From assembly GCA_051313645.2 (NCBI GenBank), contig JBNRSN020000010.1, forward strand, positions 209,870,001-209,934,000: a DNA stretch of 64,000 nt, read 5' to 3'. Each line of letters begins with the position of its first letter. The first letter of the stretch is position 1. Below, piece after piece: positions 1-13,192 of the stretch. The translations under genes were made by a program, and so were the position numbers. The DNA comes from Centroscyllium fabricii. Taxonomy: Eukaryota. The notes under the pieces are model-generated. The model did not search any database, was not told the origin of the DNA, and saw nothing but the letters and a program-made list of their open reading frames with translations.

Positions 1-37
1 CCACACAGTAGCCCGAAATATCCGAAGTGTGGGGCTT

Positions 38-570
38 AGAAACATAGAAACTTCGTTTACCGGCCTCTGGTATTGGGCCTTCAGGCTTGCGATGGCCTCC
101 GTGTAAGAGGCGGCGTCCCGGATGAACGAATAAGTCCGATGACTTATGCGAGTAGTCAGTAGACTCAGTTTCTCTGCCTCGAAGCATCTGAGCCAGTGTC
201 CAAATTGATTTGATGCTTCAGCAGAATCTGAATCCAATTCCAGACGCTCTGGTTTTAGGAGTTGATCCATCCTAGTATTTTAGTGATTAAAATTGAGTTG
301 CCTTCAATAACTACAAAACTAGAAGTTATAGACGAAAACAGAAAGGCTTTTAATCACGAAGAATTAGAGCTCACATCTCGATGGCTGTCCCACAGGAATG
401 AGTTATACAGATCCTGGATCTTTATGTAAAGCGAGCCAGGGGCGGAGCCAAAGCCAATTCCTGGAATCTCCCAGGTTTCGTCAGGAAGCAGGAAGTGAAA
501 CTATACACAGTGGGGGAGGGTAATATACATGAGTGCCACCAAATACATACAGACAACAGATTTCATTACA
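38..570 (-). mobile_element. 5' end of a degenerate Gypsy element: 5' LTR (294-570) plus start of gag (ATG at 270), related to the 24315-28974 element
   Basis: Minus strand reads TGTAATG...CAACTCA (277 bp), then ATTTTAATCACTAAAATACTAGG-ATG. Translation MDQLLKPERLELDSDSAEASNQFGHWLRCFE...YTEAIASLKAQYQRPVNEV aligns by eye with MDAMLKPATFELDPRTPGASNTFTHWHSVF...YMDAIRILKAEYNRAPN at 24639. Confidence 0.8.
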
Positions 571-900
571 GCCGGCTCCTGTTCCTGCGTTCTAGGTGCA
601 CTATTTTCAGTCACAGGTTGCCCTGAGAAGGTGGCGGTGAGCCAGCTACTTCAAGCGATGCTGATTCTTTTTGTAACAGTTTGATAGAACTGGGTGGCTT
701 GCTCGGCCACTTCAGAGGGCAGTCTGAGAATTTGAATTCAGTTTTTATTTTAAATCTGGAAATAAAGAGCTGGTCTCATTGAAAGTGACCATGAAGCTGT
801 CGAATTGTCGTAAAAACCCAACTGGGTCACTGATGTCCTTTAGGGAAGGAAACCTGCCATCCTTACCCGGTCTGGGCCTACACGTGACTCCAGTCCCCAC

Positions 901-1301
901 ACATAGAAATAGAAACATAGAAGATAGGAGCAGGAGTAGGCCATTCGGCCCTTCGAGCCTGCTCCGCCATTCAATGAGATCATGGCTGATCATCCAAACC
1001 CAGTACCCCGCCCCTGCCCCCTCCCCATATCCCTCGATCCCGCACCTACACATATCCCACCCTATCCCCGTAACCCCACATATTCAATCCCCCTAACACT
1101 AAGGGTCAATTTATCATGGCCAATCAACCTAACCCACACATCTTTGGACTGTGGGAGGAAACCGGAGCACCCGGAGGAAACCCACGCAGACACGAGGAGA
1201 ATGTGCAAACTCCACACAGATAGTCACCCGAGGCCGGATTTGAACCCGGGTCTCTAGTGCTGTGAGGCAACAGTGCTAGCCACTATGCCACCGTGCCGCC
1301 C
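901..1301 (-). mobile_element. HE1/V-SINE-type tRNA-derived SINE with CR1-like 3' tail
   Basis: tRNA-like head GGCGGCACGGTGGCATAGTGG...GGTTCAAATCC, core TGTGTGGAGTTTGCACATTCTCC, tail GAATGGCCTACTCCTGCTCCT-(TTCTATGT)n; several near-identical copies in the window. Confidence 0.85.
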
Positions 1302-1444
1302 TCACGTGGTTGACTCTTAACAGTCCTCTGAAGTGGCCGAGCGAGACACTCAGTTGTATCGCAGGACAACTAGGGATGGGCAATAAATGCAAACCCTGCC
1401 GGGGATGCCCTCATCCCAAGAATGAATTCAAAATAAAACTGCAG

Positions 1445-1700
1445 CTCTTCTCCTCCTCCTCCCTCCTCCTCCCTCTTCCTCCTCTCCTCTTTTCCTCTCC
1501 CCTTTCTCCTCTATTTCTTGCCCTCCTAACCCTCTCTGCCTTCTGATTCTCCTTTTCCCTCTTTTCTTCCTTCCCCTTCCCTTCACCTACGTCTCCTCTT
1601 TCTCTCTTTTCCCTCTTCCCCTCCTCCTCCCCCTTACACATCTCTTCAACTCCTCCCTACCCCCTCGATCTGCTTCTTCTCCACCTCTTCCTTCCTCCGC
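1445..1700. repeat. CT-rich low-complexity tract
   Basis: Almost purely C/T on the plus strand. Confidence 0.85.
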
Positions 1701-1720
1701 CCTTTCCATAATTGAGCCTT

Positions 1721-2830
1721 CATAGAATCATAGAAAGATCCAGCAGAGAACGGGACCATTCGGCCCATCGTGCCTGTGCCGGCTCTTTGAACGAGCTCTC
1801 CAATTAGGCCCACTCCCCCGCCCTTTCTCCACAGCCCTGCGATTTTTTCCGTTTCAAATATTTATCCAATTAATTTTGAAAGTTACGATTGAATCTGCTT
1901 CCACCGCTCTTTCAGGCAGCGCATTCCAGATCACAACAACTCGCTGGGTAAAAAAATCTCTCCACATCTCCCCTCTGGTTCTTTTGCCAATCACCTTCAA
2001 TCTGCCCCCTCTGGTTACTGACCCTCCCGCCACTGGAAACAGTTTCTCCATATTTACTCTTATCAAAACCCCTCATGATTTTGAACACCTCTATTAAATC
2101 TCTCCTTAACCTTCTCTGCTCTGAGGAGAACAACCCCAGTTTCTCCAGTCTTTCCATGTAACTGAAGTCCCTCATCCCTGGTACTATTCTAGTAAATCTG
2201 CTCGCCACCCTCTCTAAAGGCCTTGACATCCTTCCTAAAGTGTGGTGCCCAGAATTGGACACTATACAACAACAACTTGCATTTATATAGCGCCTTTAAT
2301 GCAGGAAAATGTCCCAAGATGCTGCACAGGAGTATTATGAGACAAACATTTGACACCGAGCCATGTAAGAAGAAATTAGGGCAGGTGACCAAAAGCTTGG
2401 TCAAAGAGGTAGGTTTTAAGGAGCGTCTTAAAGGAGGAGGGAGAGGCAGAGAGGTGGAGAGGTTTAGGAAGGGAATTCCAGAGCTTCGGGCCCAGGCGGC
2501 TGAAGGCACGGCCGCCAATGGTTAAGCGATTGAAATCAGGGATGCTCAAGAGGCCAGAATTAAAGGAGCACAGCTGAGGCCTAACCAGTGTTTTATAACG
2601 GTTTAGCATAACTTCCTTTTGTACCTAAGTCCTCTATTTATAAACGTAAGAAGTCACACAACACCAGGTTATAGTCCAACAGTTTTATTTGAAATCACAA
2701 GCTTTCGGAGCGTCGCTGCTTTACAATTGTCCACCCCAGTCCAACACCGGCACCTCCACATCATCTCTATTTATAAAGCCAAGGGTCCCGTCTGCCTTTT
2801 TAACAACCTTCTCAACATGTTCTGCCACCT
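1721..2830 (-). mobile_element. CR1 LINE 3' fragment with a nested L2-like fragment (~2285-2570) and a Penelope micro-insertion
   Basis: Minus translations include LEKLGLFSSEQRRLRRDLIEVFKIMRG, FFTQRVVVIWNALP and YKTLVRPQL. The nested piece encodes IGGRAFSRLGPKLWNSLP (L2-like) and has a (TTG)n tail. Confidence 0.8.
2645..2764. mobile_element. Penelope-like pLTR micro-insertion with 13-bp TSD
   Basis: CTCTATTTATAAA flanks both sides (2632-2644, 2765-2777). The insert is an inverted pLTR segment followed by the forward tail TTGTCCACCCCAGTCCAACACCGGCACCTCCACATC also seen at 43240, 50675 and 60278. Confidence 0.7.
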
Positions 2831-2959
2831 TCAAAGACTTGTGTACATACACCCCCATAACTACTCTAAATCGAATGATATTGTGATCACTGTACTCCTC
2901 TTACAGAGCTGTGCAATAAGTAGCAGACGGTGATAACCCTGGAACCATGGCAGAGCTAC

Positions 2960-3190
2960 TCTCTCAGGCACCCCTTGAACTGTTGAGACATCTAAAGCAC
3001 TGCTTCAAGATGCCAATCAAGTGCTCCTTAAAGAAAATAGGAGCTGCACCAACATCATTGCGCTCTGTAACACGAGGGTGTGATTTGCCAGGGATGAAGA
3101 AGGTAGCCATGAACTCTGTCTGCAGTTTGCCATCGCCTTCAGATAAGGTTGACACAAAACTGTTCCCAATAATTGAAGCATCATGACTAC
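2960..3190 (-). pseudogene. Degenerate PIF/Harbinger (HARBI1-like DDE) transposase fragment
   Basis: Minus frame has GSHDASIIGNS...LSEGDGKLQ and EHLIGILKQCFRCLNSSRGA, resembling the Harbinger PGSxHD and ExxIGxLKxRFRCLxxSGGAL motifs. Confidence 0.55.
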
Positions 3191-6100
3191 CATGACCTGG
3201 AGTTGCCCCAATATTCCTCATAACCTGGAGTTGCCCCAATATCACACATGACCTGGAGTTGCCCCAATATTCCTCATGACATGGAGTTGCCCCAATATCC
3301 CACTTGACCTGGAGTTGCCCCAATATTCCTCATGACCTGGAGTTGTTCCAATATCCCACTTGACCTGGGGTTGCCCCAATATTCCACATGACCTGGAGTT
3401 GCCCCAATATCACACATGACCTGGAGTTGCCCCACTATCCCACATGACTTGGAGTTGCCCCAATATCCCATATGACTTGGATTTGGCCCAATATCACACA
3501 TGACCTGGAGTTGCCCCAATATTCCACATGACCTGGGGTTGCCCCAATATCCCACATGACCTGGAGTTGCCCCAATATTCCACATGACCTGGAGTTGCCC
3601 CAATATCCCACATGACCTGGAGTTGCCCCAATATCCCATATGACTTGGATTTGGCCCAATATCACACATGATCTGGAGTTGCCCCAATATTCCACATGAC
3701 CGGGAGTTGCCCCAATATCCCACATGACCTGGAGTTGCCCCAATATCCCACATGACCTGGAGTTGCCTCAATATTCCACATGACCTGGGGTTGCCCCAAT
3801 ATCCCACATGACCTGGTGTTGCCCCAATATCCCACATGACCTGGGGTTGCCCCAATATCCCACATGACCTGGTGTTGCCCCAATATCCCACATGACCTGG
3901 GGTTGCCCCAATATCCCACATGACCTGGAGTTGCCCCAATATCCCACATGACCTGGAGTTGCCCCAATATTCCACATGACCTGGGGTTGCCCCAATATCC
4001 CACATGACCTGGTGTTGCCCCAATATTCCACATGACCTGGGGTTGCCCCAATATCCCACATGACCTGGAGTTGCCCCAATATTCCACATGACCTGGGGTT
4101 GCCCCAATATCCCACGTGACCTGGAGTTGCCCCAATATTACACATGACCTGGGGTTGCCCCAATATCCCACATGACCTGGGGTTGCCCCAATATCCCACA
4201 TGACCTGGAGTTGCCCCAATATCCCACATGACCTGGAGTTGCCCCAATATTCCACATGACCTGGGGTTGCCCCAATATCCCACATGACCTGGAGTTGCCC
4301 CAATATCCCACATGACCTGGAGTTGCCCCAATATCCCACATGACTTGGAGTTGCCCCAATATTCCACATGACCTGGAGTTGCCCCAATATCCCACATGAC
4401 CTGGAGTTGCCCCAATATTCCACATGACCTGGGTTTGCCCTGTTATCCCACATGACGTGGGGTTGCCCCAATATCCCACATGACCTGGAGTTGCCCCAAT
4501 ATCACACATGACCTGGGGTTGCCCCAATATCCCACATGACCTGGAGTTGCCCCAATATCCCATATGACTTGGATTTGGCCCAATATCACACATGACCTGG
4601 AGTTGCCCCAATATTCCACATGACCTGGAGTTGCCCCAATATCCCACATGACCTGGAGTTGCCACAATATCCCACATGACCTGGAGTTGCCCCAATATTC
4701 CACATGACCTGGGGTTGCCCCAATATCCCACATGAGCTGGTGTTGCCCCAATATCCCACATGACCTAGGGTTGCCCCAATATCCCACATGACCTGGTGTT
4801 GCCCCAATATCCCACATGACCTGGGGTTGCCCCAATATTCCACATGACCTGGAGTTGCCCCAATATCCCACATGACCTGGAGTTGCCCCAATATTCCACA
4901 TGACCTGGGGTTGCCCCAATATCCCACATGACCTGGTGTTGCCCCAATATTCCACATGACCTGGGGTTGCCCCAATATCCCACATGACCTGGAGTTGCCC
5001 CAATATTCCACATGACCTGGGGTTGCCCCAATATCCCACATGACCTGGAGTTGCCCCAATATTCCACATGACCTGGGGTTGCCCCAATATCCCACATGAC
5101 CTGGGGTTGCCCCAATATCCCACATGACCTGCAGTTGCCCCAATATCCCACATGACCTGGAGTTGCCCCAATATTCCACATGACCTGGGGTTGCCCCAAT
5201 ATCCCACATGACCTGGAGTTGCCCCAATATCCCACATGACCTGGAGTTGCCCCAATATTCCACATGACCTGGGGTTGCCCCAATATCCCACATGACCTGG
5301 TGTTGCCCCAATATTCCACATGACCTGGGGTTGCCCCAATATCCCACATGACCTGGAGTTGCCCCAATATTCCACATGACCTGGGGTTGCCCCAATATCC
5401 CACATGACATGGAGTTGCCCCAATATTCCACATGACCTGGGGTTGCCCCAATATCCCACATGACCTGGGGTTGCCCCAATATCCCACATAACCTGGAGTT
5501 GCCCCAATATCCCACATGACCTGGAGTTGCCCCAATATTCCACATGACCTGGGGTTGCCCCAATATCCCACATGACCTGGAGTTGCCCCAATATCCCACA
5601 TGACCTGGAGTTGCCCCAATATCCCACATGACTTGGAGTTGCCCCAATATTCCACATGACCTGGAGTTGCCCCAATATCCCACATGACCTGGAGTTGCCC
5701 CAATATTCCACATGACCTGGGTTTGCCCTGTTATCCCACATGACGTGGGGTTGCCCCAATATCCCACATGACCTGGAGTTGCCCCAATATCACACATGAC
5801 CTGGGGTTGCCCCAATATCCCACATGACCTGGAGTTGCCCCAATATCCCATATGACTTGGATTTGGCCCAATATCACACATGACCTGGAGTTGCCCCAAT
5901 ATTCCACATGACCTGGAGTTGCCCCAATATCCCACATGACCTGGAGTTGCCCCAATATCCCACATGACCTGGGGTTGCCCCAATATCCCACATGACCTGG
6001 TGTTGCCCCAATATCCCACATGACCTGGGGTTGCCCCAATATCCCACATGACCTGGAGTTGCCCCAATATCCCACATGACCTGGAGTTGCCCCAATATTC

Positions 6101-7088
6101 CACATGACCTGGGGTTGCCCCAATATCCCACATGACCTGGTGTTGCCCCAATATTCCACATGACCTGGGGTTGCCCCAATATCCCACATGAGATGGAGTT
6201 GCCCCAATATTCCACATGACCTGGGGTTGCCCCAATATCCCACATGACCTGGAGTTGCCCCAATATTCCACATGACCTGGGGTTGCCCCAATATCCCACA
6301 TGACCTGGGGTTGCCCCAATATCCCACATGACCTGCAGTTGCCCCAATATCCCACATGACCTGGAGTTGCCCCAATATTCCACATGACCTGGAGTTGCCC
6401 CAATATACCACATGACCTGGGGTTGCCCCAATATCCCACATGACCTGGTGTTGCCCCAATATCCCACATGACCTGGGGTTGCCCCAATATCCCACATGAC
6501 CTGGAGTTGCCCCAATATCCCACATGACCTGGAGTTGCCCCAATATTCCACATGACCTGGGGTTGCCCCAATATCCCACATGACCTGGAGTTGCCCCAAT
6601 ATCCCACATGACCTGGAGTTGCCCCAATATCCCACATGACTTGGAGTTGCCCCAATATTCCACATGACCTGGAGTTGCCCCAATATCCCACATGACCTGG
6701 AGTTGCCCCAATATTCCACATGACCTGGGTTTGCCCTGTTATCCCACATGACCTGGGGTTGCCCCAATATCCCACATGACCTGGAGTTGCCCCAATATCA
6801 CACATGACCTGGGGTTGCCCCAATATCCCACATGACCTGGAGTTGCCCCAATATCACACATGACCTGGGGTTGCCCCAATATCCCACATGACCTGGTGTT
6901 GCGCTAATATCACACATGACCTGGTGTTGCCCTGTTATCCCACATGACCTGGAGTTGCCCCAATATCCCACATGACCTGGGGTTGCCCCAATATCCCACA
7001 TGACCTGGGGTTGCCCCAATATCCCACATGACCTGGAGTTGCCCCAATATCACACATGACCTGGGGTTTGCCCTGTTATCCCACATGA
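3190..7088. repeat. 28-bp satellite A, consensus CATGACCTGG(A/G/T)GTTGCCCCAATAT(C/T)CCA, about 139 units
   Basis: Direct head-to-tail 28-nt period across ~3.9 kb with no spacers. Confidence 0.97.
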
Positions 7089-7442
7089 TCTCTGCTCCAG
7101 CTGCATCTGAACATCCTGCAAAGATTTGACAGGAAAACCAGAGCAAAGCTCAAAGTGCCTGAGGAAATCCCAGCCCACACACCGTGCCCTCAGCTTGAAC
7201 TCTGACCAATGTATGGCGCGGTTCAAATGCAGATCAGCTCCTTGCCGCCCCCCCCCCCCCCCCCCACCGACAGTTGTATCCTCTTCTCTCCCCTGACTTT
7301 GGGCGAGGTTAAGCCCCACAGAAGCCGTCGGGTCCATCACCACTCTTTATGTGCATCGCTGGATAATGGATGCCTTAGGTGGCATTCCAACTGCGCTGGA
7401 ACCCATCCTCACCCCACACCCAGGAGAGGTGGTGGTGAGCCT

Positions 7443-7632
7443 TCATAGAATCATAGAAAGTTACAGCTCGGAAGGAGGCCATTTCAGCCCATCGTGTCCG
7501 TGCCGACAACAAAGAGCTCTCCAGCCTAATCCCACTTCCCAGCACTTGGTCCATAGCCCTGCAGGTTATAGCATCCCAAGTGCACACCCAAGTACTTTTT
7601 AAATGTGGTTAGGGTTTCTGCCTTGACCACCA
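7443..7632 (-). mobile_element. CR1 LINE 3' tail fragment
   Basis: CATAGAATCATAGAA tail repeat plus GGAGGCCATTTCAGCCCATCG, as at 1721. Confidence 0.65.
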
Positions 7633-7634
7633 CT

Positions 7635-9018
7635 ATGTATATTATATGTAATAGCAGCCCCTGTGCATATTATGGAGAATAGCAGCCCCTGTGTATATTA
7701 TAGAGAATAGCAGCCCCTGTGTATATTATAGAGAATAGCAGCCCCTGTGTATATTATAGAGAATAGCAGCCCCTGTGTATATTATAGAGAATAGCAGCCC
7801 CTGTGTATATTATAGAGAATAGCACCCCGTGTATATTATAGGGAATAGCAGCCTCTGTGCATATTAGAGAGAATAGCAGCCCCTGTGTATATTATAGAGA
7901 ATAGCAGCCTCTGTGCATATTAGAGAGAATAGCAGCCCCTGTGTATATTATATGGAATAGCAGCCCCTGTGTATATTATAGGGAATAGCAGCACCTGTGT
8001 ATATTATAGAGAATAACAGCCCATGTGTATATTATAGAGAATAGCAATCTATGGATTTATTATACGGAATAGCAGCCCCTGTGTATATTATGGAGAATAG
8101 CCGCCCCTGTGTATATTACAGAGACTAGCAGCCCCTGTGTATATTAAAGAGAATAGCAGCCCCTGTGTATATTATAGAGAATAGCAGCCCCTGTGTATAT
8201 TATAGGGAATAGCAGCCCCTGTGTATATTATAGGGAATAGCAGCCCCTGTGTATATTATAGAGAATAACAGCCCCTGTGTATATTATAGAGAATAACAGC
8301 CCATGTGTATATTATAGAGAATAGCAGCCCCTGTGTATATTATAGGGAATAGCAGCCCCTGTGTATATTATAGGGAATAGCAGCCCCTGTGTATATTAAA
8401 GAGAGTACCAGCCCCTTTGTATATTATAGAGAATAACAGCCCCTGTGTATATTATAGGGAAGAGCAGCCCCTGTGTATATTACAGAGAATAGCAGCCCCT
8501 GTGTATATTATAGAGAATAGCAGTCCATGTGTATATTAAAGAGAGTACCAGCCCCTTTGTATATTATAGAGAATAACAGCCCCTGTGTATATTACAGAGA
8601 ATAGCAGCCCCTGTGTATATTATAGAGAATAGCAGTCCCTGTGTATATTATAGGGAATAGCAGCCCCTGTGTATATTATAGAGAATAGCATCCCCTGTGT
8701 ATATTATAGGGAATAGCAGCCCCTGTGTATATTATAGGGAATAGCAGCCTCTGTGTATATTATAGGGAATAGCAGCCCCTGTGTATATTATAGATAACAG
8801 CATCCCCTGTGTATATTATAGGGAATAGCAGCCCCTGTGTATATTATAGGGAATAGCAGCCCCTGTGTATATTATAGGGAATAGCAGCCCCTGTGTATAT
8901 TATAGGGAATAGCAGCCCCTGTGTATATTATAGGGAATAGCAGCCCCTGTGTATATTATAGGGAATAGCAGCCCCTGTGTATATTATAGGGAATAGCAGC
9001 CCCTGGGTATATTATTGG
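7635..9018. repeat. 28-bp satellite B, consensus GAATAGCAGCCCCTGTGTATATTATAG(A/G), segment 1
   Basis: 28-nt period (AGCAGCCCCT at 7681 and 7709); interrupted by the ERV at 9019. Confidence 0.97.
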
Positions 9019-9693
9019 TGTTGGAGTAAAATTTCGGATATGGCAACGTTATTAAAAATAAAGTTTGGACACTGGAAATAAAAGACTTTTCAAAGGCATA
9101 AGAAACATCAATAAAGGGTTAACAGGGTAAAACTGAAAGGACTGACAAAGAAATGAATTCAAATGTATTAAGGCATTACGGAATATTCTAGAAGCACACA
9201 AACAGGCTATGAGAAAGTTAAGGAGTGAATCTCCAAGGCTACATTCAATTAAAAGATAGTATGCAGACAAAGAACATAGAGAAATTACTTCATAAAAGCT
9301 ATAGAGTAGTGACAGATGCCCGATAAGGAAAGTTGTTTACTTCATGGAAGCGGTAGAATAGGGACAGGTGCACGTTAAGGGGAGCGTATTGACGTGGGTT
9401 AAAGGGTATTGATTTAATTGGTTATTAATGATGTAAGGAAATAAACTGGCGCGAATGCTCTTTGAAATTGTATAAGAATGGCTGTTTTTGAGCTGTATTC
9501 TGAGAGAGTGTTATGATACACATCTCTCCCGAAGCTTCGTTCGAAAATAAAGATTTATACTCTCGCATTTTGAACAAACAATTTGAGTTGAGTTTTTATT
9601 ACTCTGGGATTAGGCTGAGTACGTGTCGACGGCTCTTCACGAGTCGCCCGCTGAGGCTTCAGCTAATTCATACATAAATTTTAAGACAACATT

Positions 9694-9711
9694 TGGCGCT
9701 GCGAGCAGGGT
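9694..9711 (+). promoter_or_regulatory. ERV primer-binding site, tRNA-Ser type
   Basis: TGGCGCTGCGAGCAGGGT, 2 nt after the LTR, is complementary to a vertebrate tRNA-Ser-like 3' end (ACCCTGCTCGCWGCGCCA). Confidence 0.75.
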
Positions 9712-10041
9712 GGAGACTCCCACGGACACATTGATCAAGTGTCAGTGGAGATCTTTATTAAAAGAACCTGAGGAAAAAGACTGCGAGAGTATATTCTATC
9801 GCGTTTGGTCTGGCGACTCTCGGGATTAACAGAATTGTAAGTGTTTTGCTTTTATCTTTTTAACTTTTAAAGAAGCAGGTTAACAAGGGTTAAACCTGTA
9901 CGAGGCTGCTTGGGAAGTCCGGAAACCCCCAGGCAGTAATCCACGTCGGCTACGAGGTCACGAAAAAGCTGCGGTAACGAACGAATACCAAGAGGTGGTG
10001 AGTGTTTTGCTGGAGAGTGGATAATTAAAACAAACTAGAGA

Positions 10042-11010
10042 ATGTCTAGTAAAGAAGTCAAGCAGGGGCTTTCGGGCTCGTTAATTAATATGTATATGAC
10101 AGATAGAAGTTTGTTAATAGAGAAAATGCAAAGAGAAGGGTGGGATGTTACTCAATCATTAGAAACCCAACGAGCTTGGGTAATTATACAGAAGGAGGAC
10201 AAAATAAAAAAGGCAGGAGTTCTATTGGTCCACCAGCTGGCTGGATTACTGGAACAAGTAGAGAAAAATCCGAAAGATACAGACAGAGAAAACTAAAGAG
10301 ATACAGACAGAGGAAAATAAAGAGTTAAAAGACAAAACCACCGAGATAGCTGATTTAACAAAGAAGTTAGAAATTTTGGAAAGAATAAATCGGGAACAGC
10401 CTAGGGCTCAGAGCGGAGAGCGGCAGATGTATGCACCAGGGCCACCCCCGTATGCATCAGCCCCCGTATCAGCGGAAGATAAAATAGACGAGGAGGCTAT
10501 GACCCCCGTTACCAGAAGTCGGACAGCCGGGGTAGGGGGAAATCCAAAGGGAATATTCAAGCCTTCCACCCCAGGTGAAAGACAACAAATTTTAAAAGAT
10601 CTAGGACGACTTCAACCGAGAAGTGCCAACACCAAGTTCTGGGAAAACCTGGACATGGTCTGGCTAGGACACAACCTACACCTTAAAGATATCCACCCGT
10701 TAGTTAGGGCCGCCTGTCCAGTAGACCGGTGGCGGAATGTACAGGCAACACCGGCAGTCGTTAATACGGACTATTATACAGGCCGTTGGACTGACCAGTC
10801 GCCACTCACGGCGGACATGTCGGCACAACAGATACCCTTCCTACTGTTTAAGGCAGAAATACAGCGGGTCTTGGAAGACTCGCCAACAAACTGGACTAGG
10901 ATAACAGCTACTCCGCTAGGGAGTTCCACGTCCTTCAGTATGTGGATGACCTCTTGATTGTGTCAGACACAGCCTCGGGACATGAAAAAGCATTAAAGGC
11001 TGTGCTGATA
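10042..11010 (+). pseudogene. gag: ERV gag remnant (frameshifted) joined by deletion to an RT core fragment
   Basis: ORFs 10042-10296 and 10376-10957 include a PPPY late-domain motif. An alternate frame at 10936-10956 reads QYVDDLL (RT active site). Confidence 0.75.
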
Positions 11011-12001
11011 ACACAAGGAATGCTGAATTGAAAGCAAGCCCTGAGATCCAGAAAAAGGTAAACCTGAATATTTCCCTAAATGATTAAGGAAGTCAGTGTT
11101 TCTTTCGCTTGAGAAATCTGTTTAAAAAAAAAGATTCTGGTATGTTTGTTTTAGCTCCTCCCACTTCTGAAGCTAAAAGAATTTAGCACCTTTGTCTTGT
11201 TTTGGATTTTGTAAATTTTAAGCATGTGCAAATAAGATTGTGCCTCTAGTATTGGAAAAAAACTTTGAACTAATTTAAGTTTAATCTTGTATTTTAAAGA
11301 TTAAGTCAGACAGTGGTAACCTTGGACACGGTTGATATAGTGCGCCCCCTTCTAGAAATCTACAGAGCAGTTAACCCTTTCCACAGACAGTTGTCTAAGT
11401 TCAACGAGCAACAATTTTAGCAATATATGTATAGTGGGTTACCTTTGGAAAGATAAAAGATCCTCTGTTATAACGATAAATAAACGGTGTTAATAGCTTG
11501 GACCAAATGAGAATGTTTGATATGTTTTCCTAAACAGTAAAGGTTCTCCGGGGCTCATGATTAAGATATGAGCAAAAGTTAATGGAATGTGTAAAGTGGA
11601 GAGAGTGCGAGATAGAAGTAGGAGTATTACTACACCAATTAAGAATTTTGAACTATTAAGAAAACAGAAAAGTTAAAGACCGTCTCCCGCATTCAAATGG
11701 GAGATGGTGCTGCTATATTATGAGACATAGGAGAAAAGACAAGCAGCAGTATTAAGATATGCCACAAGAGAGAGAGAGTAAGACGAAACCAGCAAAATCA
11801 CCAAGGTAATCGAGCTGTAGATAAGGCAGCACAGGCAGTTTTTAAATTTAGGAAAACTAAAGGAAGAGTCAGTTAGCAGCCTAAAGCTGGAACCCGAAAA
11901 AGAACCTCAGGTCTGGAAGATTCAGGATGAAGCACCAGATGCTGAAAAAGAAAGGGGGGTTAAACAGGGAGCTGGACCATATATGGTGAAAGGAAGGTAA
12001 G

Positions 12002-13030
12002 GTGGTCGCGCTGGAATGTATACAGCGCACACTTTGCTGGAAGTACATCATGGTATCTCTCATACGGGGAGGGAAGCCATGGATAAGTCATTATGTAAAC
12101 GACTGGTGGTGGCATGGGATTGGGAAAGACATATCACACATTACCTGCAAAATGTGGCAATGTGCCCAACATAACCATGGAAGACCCATAAAAATTAAAA
12201 TGGGACACCAGCCGAGGCCCAAGGGACCTTGGGAGCACATACAAATTGACTTTACAGGACCCCTTCCCCAGTCACACGATAAAACCTATTGTCTCGTGAT
12301 AATTGACCAATTCACGGGATGGGTGGAAGCTTTTCCAACCCGAAATTGTACTGACCTTACAGTAGCCAGGATTTTGGCCGAGGAGGTAATTAAGCGGTGG
12401 GGAACACCACTAAAAATTGATTCCGACCAGGGGATATATATTTTACGGGAAAGATTATGAAGGGTATCTGTCAGTTCATGGGCATTATACAAAAAATTAA
12501 ATATATCCCATACCACCCCCAAAGCTCCGGAATGGTTGAGAGAATGAATCAGACACGAATGGTTGAGAGAATGAATCGGACACTCAAAAATGCCTTGGCG
12601 AAGGCAATACAGGAATCAGGGAAGACATGGGTTGAGATTTTACCCATTATGTTGATGAGATTACGGGCAACCCCGAACCGTGATACGGGGTTAACTCCTT
12701 ATGAACGATTAACAGGTAGAGCAATGAAATTACCGGAGGGTATTATTACTGGTGGGGCAGATGTCGGTCCCTTCAAAAACCGACTGCGGCGGTACGTTGT
12801 AGAATTGAGCATACAATTAAAGGAGATGCGTAGGACGATACGAGACCAGCAGGCGGCAAGAGACGAGGCAATACAAAACTCCTCGCCCCCGTGCCGGCTG
12901 CTGGTAGCAAGGTTATGGTAAAAATCATACCGGCACAGCCGGGGTTCACACCCAAAACGGAACGGACTGCATGAGGTAATAATTAGCAGAGATACCTGTG
13001 CATATGTGGATAAGGGAAAAGAGAGTATGG
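12002..13030 (+). pseudogene. pol: ERV integrase remnant (frameshifted)
   Basis: PWEHIQIDFTGPLP, IIDQFTGWVEAFP, IDSDQG and YHPQSSGMVERMN give the DDE core, split over ORFs 12002-12460 and 12457-12921. Confidence 0.9.
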
Positions 13031-13192
13031 AAACACTGGACTTAGTTGAAGGTGTACAATAAAAGACAGGTTCTAACGAACCCAATCAAATCGTGAATGT
13101 TGAAAATAAAATGACTGTTAAGGACTATAAGAGGATATGAGACACTGTGTTATTAACGGAATGTTTTTGTATCTGCTTTACAGATCACCTGA

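Noticed and set aside
982-1257. Recurrent ORFs containing LDCGRKPEHPEETHADTGRMCKLHT
   Set aside because: Antisense translation of the V-SINE core.
3274-7019. Long minus-strand ORFs (up to 745 aa) of GATPGHVGYWGN repeats
   Set aside because: Artefact of a stop-poor 28-bp satellite read through all three frames; no evidence of a gene.
9052-9270. Identical 72-aa antisense ORFs here and at 14138-14356
   Set aside because: They lie within the duplicated LTRs; no recognisable motif.
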